32,000 nt of DNA from Candidatus Heimdallarchaeota archaeon B3_Heim (GTDB taxonomy: Archaea; Asgardarchaeota; Heimdallarchaeia; Hodarchaeales; Hodarchaeaceae). A model generated the notes under the pieces. It was given only the letters and a program-made list of their open reading frames with translations. It was not told the origin of the DNA and did no database searches. Below are positions 26,487 through 32,000 of the stretch, piece after piece (within the stretch, counting starts at the first letter, position 1; each line of letters begins with the position of its first letter). A program made the translations under genes and the position numbers. The DNA lies in contig NJBF01000025.1 of assembly GCA_003144275.1 (NCBI GenBank), positions 36,114 through 68,113 of the forward strand, in the 5' to 3' direction.

Positions 26487-27347
26487 ATGTACACTACTGA
26501 AATTTTGTCCCCAACTAGTTTAGCTGAGGCCCTTGCGATAAAGGACCAGTATGGTAGTGATATCTATCCCCTAGCAGGAGGAACAGATGTCCTTGTGATG
26601 GTACGAAATAAAATCGGAGTATGGGGTGGATCACCTCCATTATTAAATCTCACTACAATTCCTGAATTCGACTTTATTCAGGAAATTGGCAGTAATATCG
26701 AAATGGGGCCATTAGTTACCCACGCACAACTTTTAGAAAGTTCAATTATTGCAAAATATATTCCAGCTCTAAAGAAAGCAGTTTCTATAATTGGGTCTCC
26801 TCAAATACGCAACTTAGGGACAATTGTTGGTAATATTTGTCGCGCCTCTCCCGCTGCAGATACTTTAGCCACTCTATATGCGCGAGATGCACTAGTACAA
26901 GTCCAAACAGTCAACAATTTGGAATTATTACCTATTGCAGACTTCATAACTGGTCCAGGACAAATTTCGATTCCTAAAAATGGATTAGTAACAAAAATTG
27001 TGATCCCAAAATTAGAGGGGTATAAAGGGGATTATATTTCACTCCGTCAAAGATATGCTCTCTCAATTGTAGTAGTATCTATTGCAGTAGAAGCTCTGCT
27101 TTCAAAAAATAAATCTAATATTGAGGATATTCGAATATCCTTAGGAGCCGTTGCTCCTACGATAGTCAGAACTGGTAAAACGGAAGCATTCTTAAAATAT
27201 CATAATTTCACCGAGGATGCAATTTATCAAGCAGAAAAACTGATTCAGGAAGAATGTAAACCAATTTCTGATATTCGATCAAATAAGCGTTATCGAAAAG
27301 CGATGACTGGTGTGTTATTGGGACGAATATTAAGAAACCTCACTTAA
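26487..27347 (+). CDS. FAD-binding medium subunit (CoxM/CutM-like)
   Basis: AGGTDV, IGSPQIRNLGTIVGNICRASPAAD, LGAVAPT, PISDIRS...YR motifs. Confidence 0.93.
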   Translation: MYTTEILSPTSLAEALAIKDQYGSDIYPLAGGTDVLVMVRNKIGVWGGSPPLLNLTTIPEFDFIQEIGSNIEMGPLVTHAQLLESSIIAKYIPALKKAVSIIGSPQIRNLGTIVGNICRASPAADTLATLYARDALVQVQTVNNLELLPIADFITGPGQISIPKNGLVTKIVIPKLEGYKGDYISLRQRYALSIVVVSIAVEALLSKNKSNIEDIRISLGAVAPTIVRTGKTEAFLKYHNFTEDAIYQAEKLIQEECKPISDIRSNKRYRKAMTGVLLGRILRNLT

Positions 27348-27389
27348 GTGAATAGAGGGTTCAGAATTTAAGGTGGTAGATGAACAAAT

Positions 27390-28058
27390 TTGAAGAAATT
27401 TTCAGTTTCCAACTTTCTTACAGATACAGAAATCAATGATGATGTATGCATTACTGGGCCATCAGCTGCTGATGGGAACTTTAGAGCATTCTCACTTGTT
27501 CTCGATGCAGATTTCTTAGTAAAAAGTGAATTAAAAACTACTCAAGGATCGATTGAAGCAAAAGCTAACCTTCAAGTTGGAACCAATCTTATTTCTGCTG
27601 GTAATATTATTGTAAAAAAGAGCTGTCAGGTTGGAGGTTCAATTGCAGGTAAAAATATCAAATTTTCGGGACTACACACATCAGCTCAATCCATAAACGC
27701 CACCACCGTAAGCTTAGGGCAAAATATAACAATCCAGAATGGTATAACTGCTTCAAAATCTATTTATCTTATCCTAAATCCAAGAAAAAGAAAAGTTAGG
27801 GTTGGAGGAGCTATTGAAGCACCTTCTATTACTATCGTATTTGGCGTTTTTTTCACTAAATGGTCAAATCTCTCAAATATAATATCAAAAAGAATAGGAT
27901 CAGGTGTTCGTGTAAAAAAAGGGTTTAATATAGGAAATTTATCAATTAAGACTAAAAAACTCACTATAAAGACACGCCATCCTCCTGAAAGAGTAGAAAT
28001 CGATTTTAGTAATAGTGATATTGAAGCTAAGGAAATTGAAATAGTTCAGGTTCACTAA
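27390..28058 (+). CDS. Putative bactofilin / polymer-forming cytoskeletal (right-handed beta-helix) protein
   Basis: Repeated short V/I-x-G strand units (GSIEAKANLQVGTNLISAGNIIVKKSCQVGGSIAGKNIKF; VRVGGAIEAPSITI). Start ambiguous (TTG 27390, or ATG 27380 with a frameshift). Confidence 0.55.
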   Translation: MKKFSVSNFLTDTEINDDVCITGPSAADGNFRAFSLVLDADFLVKSELKTTQGSIEAKANLQVGTNLISAGNIIVKKSCQVGGSIAGKNIKFSGLHTSAQSINATTVSLGQNITIQNGITASKSIYLILNPRKRKVRVGGAIEAPSITIVFGVFFTKWSNLSNIISKRIGSGVRVKKGFNIGNLSIKTKKLTIKTRHPPERVEIDFSNSDIEAKEIEIVQVH

Positions 28059-28082
28059 AATTTAGATTTGGGAGGACGCTTT

Positions 28083-28145
28083 TACAAATTAAATGTTTTG
28101 ATCACCTCCAACATGCTGGGGAACTATTGAAATGTTTAATTTGTA
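28083..28145 (+). other. 63-nt RNA hairpin candidate in the intergenic region
   Basis: 28083-28102 pairs with 28126-28145 (16 Watson-Crick and 4 G-U pairs), then an internal loop, a 5-bp inner stem (28106-28110/28117-28121) and a 6-nt loop. Confidence 0.5.
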
Positions 28146-28298
28146 TATCAAATTTTTTACCAATATCCTCTCGAATAAAAACTATCAGTTAGCTAAGTGG
28201 TCTGTGCTCTTAGAGAGATTTTCATTGCCGAATGACTTGTCTAATAAGTTATATTCATCTCTTCATTATCTTTGAAAAATAATAATTTGTGAAACTTC

Positions 28299-30070
28299 AT
28301 GAAATTACCCTTCCGAAAATATTTCGTCTTGTTAAGGCAATATTTAGCACCTTATAAGGTATATTTCTTCACATTATTTTTTCTTGTCCTATTGGATATT
28401 GCTTTTACCTTAATCAACCCTCAAATTATTCGTTACTATTTAGACACCTTTGATTTCGTAGGTGCTGGAGGGTTAACAACAGCAGCCGCTCAAAGACGTT
28501 TACTTGAAGCTGCTCTTCTTTATATTGCACTTGCTATAGTACAACAAATCTTCTTCATAACAGCCGTCTACATAACACAAATACTTGCATGGGGTTCAAC
28601 AAACCAGCTTCGTATGGATTTAACTGCTCATTGTGTTAATCTTGACATGACATTTCATAATAAGTATACTCCAGGTAAAATAATTGAACGCATAGATGGG
28701 GACGTAACAACCCTCTCGAATTTCTTCTCACAATTTTCAATGCTTATCGTGACTAATCTCCTGCTAATAATAGGAATACTTTTCATTCTCTTATTAGAAG
28801 ATTGGAGAATTGGTTTAACATTCACAATTTTCTGTTTAACAACTTTACTTATCCTTTATAAAATATGGAACTACGCCTCCCCATATTGGAAAAAGGTCCG
28901 CCAATCTAGTGCGGATCTTATGGGCTATGTAGAAGAAGCATTAACTGGGAAGGAGGATGCAATTGCAAATGGTGCCACACCATACATCATGAAACGTTTT
29001 CACGACTATTCAAAAGCCGAATACGATATCACACTCAAAGCAGTGCTTGTTAGTCGGATGATTCATATATCGGTAATGGGAATTGTCGCTTTAGGAACAA
29101 CTATGGTATTTATCACAGGGATTCCCCTCTATGAAGGAGGAGTGATCACCTTAGGGACAGTCTTTTTGATAAATCAATATGTTGCTGCTCTTATAGATCC
29201 AATGATTCGTTTAGTTAGGGAATCCCAACAATTAACCCGTGCTGATGCTTCCATCGATAGAGTAAATGAGCTATTTTCCATTCAGACACAAATAAAAGAT
29301 AGAGGGGAAAGTGATATTGCGAATGATAAGCCTTTAACACTTAAATTCGATTCGTTATCCTTTTCCTATTCAAAAACGGATCCTACGGTCGAAAACATTG
29401 ATTTTCAACTTGCACCAGGAAAAAAACTTGGACTCATTGGCAGAACAGGGAGTGGGAAAACGACCATTTCTCGGTTGCTTTTCCGCCTATATAACCCAAC
29501 AAATGGAGGTATTTACTTTAATGATACTAATATTAAAGATCTTCCCCTTTCAGGGTTACGAAATAATATTGCGTACGTCACACAACAAGTAGAGATATTT
29601 CAAGCTTCAGTACGGGAAAATATTACATTATTCAACCAAGATTTACCTGATGCCAAAATCTTACACGTTATAGAAGCTCTGGAATTCACTGATTGGTTTG
29701 AGAAATTAAAGAGGGCTTAGATACTAAATTACTAAGTGGAGAAGCTGGTTTTTCTGCAGGTGAAGCTCAATTACTAGCACTAACACGTGTATTCATGAAA
29801 GATCCAAAACTCGTAGTATTAGATGAAGCAAGTTCACGATTAGATCCCGTAACAGAAAGGTTAATTGAGAACGCCATCTTCAAGCTGCTGGAAAATAGGA
29901 CTGCAATCATAATTGCACATCGTCTGCAAACCTTAGATCATGTTGACGATATAATGCTTATTGAAGACGGAAAGATGCGTGAATACGGAAATCGAATCCA
30001 ATTACTGAAAGATCCAAATTCTAAATATTCACAATTATTGCGAACAGGTATCACGGAGGTTACGGTATGA
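28299..30070 (+). pseudogene. ABC exporter subunit (TMD-NBD) interrupted by a single-base frameshift near 29702-29717 (pseudogene or sequencing error)
   Basis: The first frame ends ...DWFEKLKRA* at 29720. The -1 frame continues EGLDTKLLSGEAGFSAGEAQLLALTRVFMKDPKLVVLDEASS, giving the missing signature and Walker B. Restoring one base gives a 590 aa exporter. Confidence 0.85.
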
Positions 30071-31863
30071 ACTTATCTCGTTATATGATTGAAAACATAA
30101 AATATAAACCTGTTACATTCTTTTTTGTCTGGTTTACTTCTTTCACATTCTTTATAACTCCTTTATTAGGAGCTTTGTTAGTTAGAGAAATTTTTATTCA
30201 ATTAGAAGGGCTAGTAACCGTAGAAGTCAATATTTGGTTCTTTGTTGTAGCTTTGTTTGTAGTTAATGTCTTTCAAATTATTTTTGATGTCATTTGGGCA
30301 ATTTTAATGAATATTTTTTTCATGTCGCTCAGGCTTCTCTTTAGAAGGAATATGATAAATGGACTGTATGCTCAATACGGTGCTAATCCCCCTCCTTACC
30401 CTCCAGGGGAAGCTATTTCCCGATTTAGACAAGACGCGTCTGAGGCGGCATATTTTCCCGTAGCGATGGCTGATTTGTTAAATTTCTTCTTGTTTGGACT
30501 TGTATCTTTCTTGATAATGTTGAGCATTAATTCAGAAGTAACAATATTCATTTTTCTTCCTTTTATATTTGTCATCGTATTAGTAAACGCATTTCGGAAA
30601 AGAGTTAGCCTTTATCGCAGTGAGCGAAGAAAAGCAACTGGAGAAGTCACAAGCACAATACGGGAAATATTTAGTTCAATACAAAGTGTTAAAGTGAATA
30701 ACGCAGAAAGAAATATGTTAAAGCATTTTGAACAGAAAAATAATAAAAGAGCTCAAGCGGCAATTAAGGATGAATTCTTTAACTCTCTATTACAAGCAAC
30801 CCGTACACTAATTGTCTATTTAGCTACAGGAATCATGTTTTTAATGATTAGTGAACCTATGCTAGCGAAAGAATTTACCATTGGTGATTTTGCCCTGTTT
30901 CAATATTTGTTAAATTGGGTGACAGGGTTTATCAGCTATGTGGGAGGTTCTATTGCTAGATATCATCGGACAGCAGTTTCTTACAATAGAATGACCAAAT
31001 TAATGAGAGGAAGAAAAGAATCAATTCCCGAAAAGGATATAGTGCAATTTGCTCCATTATATCTCAAAACCCCCTTTCCTCCTAGAACTATTCCAGTTAA
31101 AAAATCAAAAGATCATATGAAATCAATAAAGGTGAAGAATTTATCATATCACTATCCTGATTCAGATAAAGGTATAGAAGACATATCATTTGTACTACAA
31201 AGGGGAACATTAACTGTAATCACAGGACGTGTTGGATCAGGAAAATCAACACTTCTCAAGGCCTTTCTTGGACTCTTACCTAGTACAGGCACAATCTGGT
31301 GGAATGATAATAAAATTACTGATCAATCCATTTTTAGACCCCCTCGAACAGCATACACACCGCAAGTGCCTCACTTGTTTAGTGATACCATAAAAGACAA
31401 CCTATTATTGGGATTGCCAGATAATTCCGAACAAATGCAATCAGCTATCAAATTAGCTGTTTTTAAGAAGGATTTAGAAGAAGTAGAAGATGGATTAAGT
31501 ACATTAGTAGGACCAAAGGGGAAGAAACTTTCTGGAGGTCAGCAACAACGGTTGGCTGCCGCTCGAATGCTACTGCAGGAGTCGGAGTTAAAAGTTTTTG
31601 ACGATCTTTCAAGCGCTCTTGATATCGAAACTGAACAGAAGTTCTGGGAGCGTTTATTTCAGAATAATAAAGACCATACATTCTTAGTTGTATCCCACAA
31701 ACCACTTGTTCTACAAGAAGCAAATCAAATTATTATACTAAAGAAAGGAAAAATCGAAGCTTCAGGAACATTAGAAGCCCTTCTAAATACCAGTCCCGAA
31801 ATGCAGCGCCTGTGGGAGGGGAAAATTGAAATCGATAATTATGGAATTCAAGACTCATCTTAA
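30067..31863 (+). CDS. ABC exporter partner subunit (TMD-NBD)
   Basis: GRVGSGKS, canonical LSGGQQQR, degenerate Walker B VFDD, VSHK. ATGA overlap with the previous gene and GGAGG RBS. Confidence 0.92.
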   Translation: MNLSRYMIENIKYKPVTFFFVWFTSFTFFITPLLGALLVREIFIQLEGLVTVEVNIWFFVVALFVVNVFQIIFDVIWAILMNIFFMSLRLLFRRNMINGLYAQYGANPPPYPPGEAISRFRQDASEAAYFPVAMADLLNFFLFGLVSFLIMLSINSEVTIFIFLPFIFVIVLVNAFRKRVSLYRSERRKATGEVTSTIREIFSSIQSVKVNNAERNMLKHFEQKNNKRAQAAIKDEFFNSLLQATRTLIVYLATGIMFLMISEPMLAKEFTIGDFALFQYLLNWVTGFISYVGGSIARYHRTAVSYNRMTKLMRGRKESIPEKDIVQFAPLYLKTPFPPRTIPVKKSKDHMKSIKVKNLSYHYPDSDKGIEDISFVLQRGTLTVITGRVGSGKSTLLKAFLGLLPSTGTIWWNDNKITDQSIFRPPRTAYTPQVPHLFSDTIKDNLLLGLPDNSEQMQSAIKLAVFKKDLEEVEDGLSTLVGPKGKKLSGGQQQRLAAARMLLQESELKVFDDLSSALDIETEQKFWERLFQNNKDHTFLVVSHKPLVLQEANQIIILKKGKIEASGTLEALLNTSPEMQRLWEGKIEIDNYGIQDSS

Positions 31864-32000
31864 ATTAATTGTATCTCGAATGATGAGTAAGTCACCATCG
31901 GGGAGTAATGACGGAGCTGACCCATAAGCATTTAACTTCTGAGCCAAATGTTTTTCTATGATAGCGAATCAAGAAATACACTCGTTAGAAAACGGACTCC

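Noticed and set aside
28083-28145. SECIS interpretation of the hairpin (UGA and GA on opposite arms)
   Set aside because: Forcing the tandem G-A quartet breaks the flanking helices, and no upstream gene has an in-frame TGA at a Cys-equivalent position.
31864-32000. Protein-like minus-strand reading (FAIIEKHLAQKLNAYGSAPSLLPDGDLLIIRDTINLR) at the window end
   Set aside because: Too short, preceded by an in-frame TGA and cut by the window edge. It could be the 3' end of a frameshifted gene but cannot be supported here.
1-32000. CRISPR arrays, tRNA/rRNA genes, IS elements, prophage genes
   Set aside because: No regularly spaced repeats, cloverleaf-compatible sequences, transposase/integrase ORFs or terminal inverted repeats seen. 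Intergenic gaps are all under about 330 bp.

Overview
AT-rich, gene-dense prokaryotic window with 26 protein-coding loci. I found no rRNA, tRNA, CRISPR array or transposase. GGTGA/GGAGG ribosome-binding sites, frequent TTG/GTG starts, T-run terminators, an archaeal-type Lrp regulator and a C-terminal PCI-like domain suggest an archaeon, most likely Asgard (inference, no database search run). Gene content in order: (1) a 5'-truncated protein with a degenerate CofD/YvcK-like domain, acidic linker and C-terminal PCI/winged-helix domain; (2) a DUF389 membrane protein; (3) an ABC importer operon (fused double permease, two different ATPases, DUF47/PhoU-like protein) with no binding-protein gene; (4) an Lrp/AsnC regulator with a palindromic operator candidate that recurs at about 21.7 kb; (5) four uncharacterised membrane-associated proteins (roadblock/longin-like with an amphipathic KKKGFFGRLLGK helix, claudin-like tetraspan, C2-like, hairpin membrane protein); (6) a prenyltransferase/squalene-oxidase-repeat protein, TldD-PmbA, a CPBP protease, a secreted CxC-rich peptide and a heterodimeric ABC exporter; (7) a membrane-anchored esterase; (8) a xanthine dehydrogenase-family operon (L-S-XdhC-M) followed by a bactofilin-like gene and a 63-nt hairpin; (9) a second heterodimeric ABC exporter whose first subunit has a single-base frameshift. 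All family assignments come from recognising motifs by eye.
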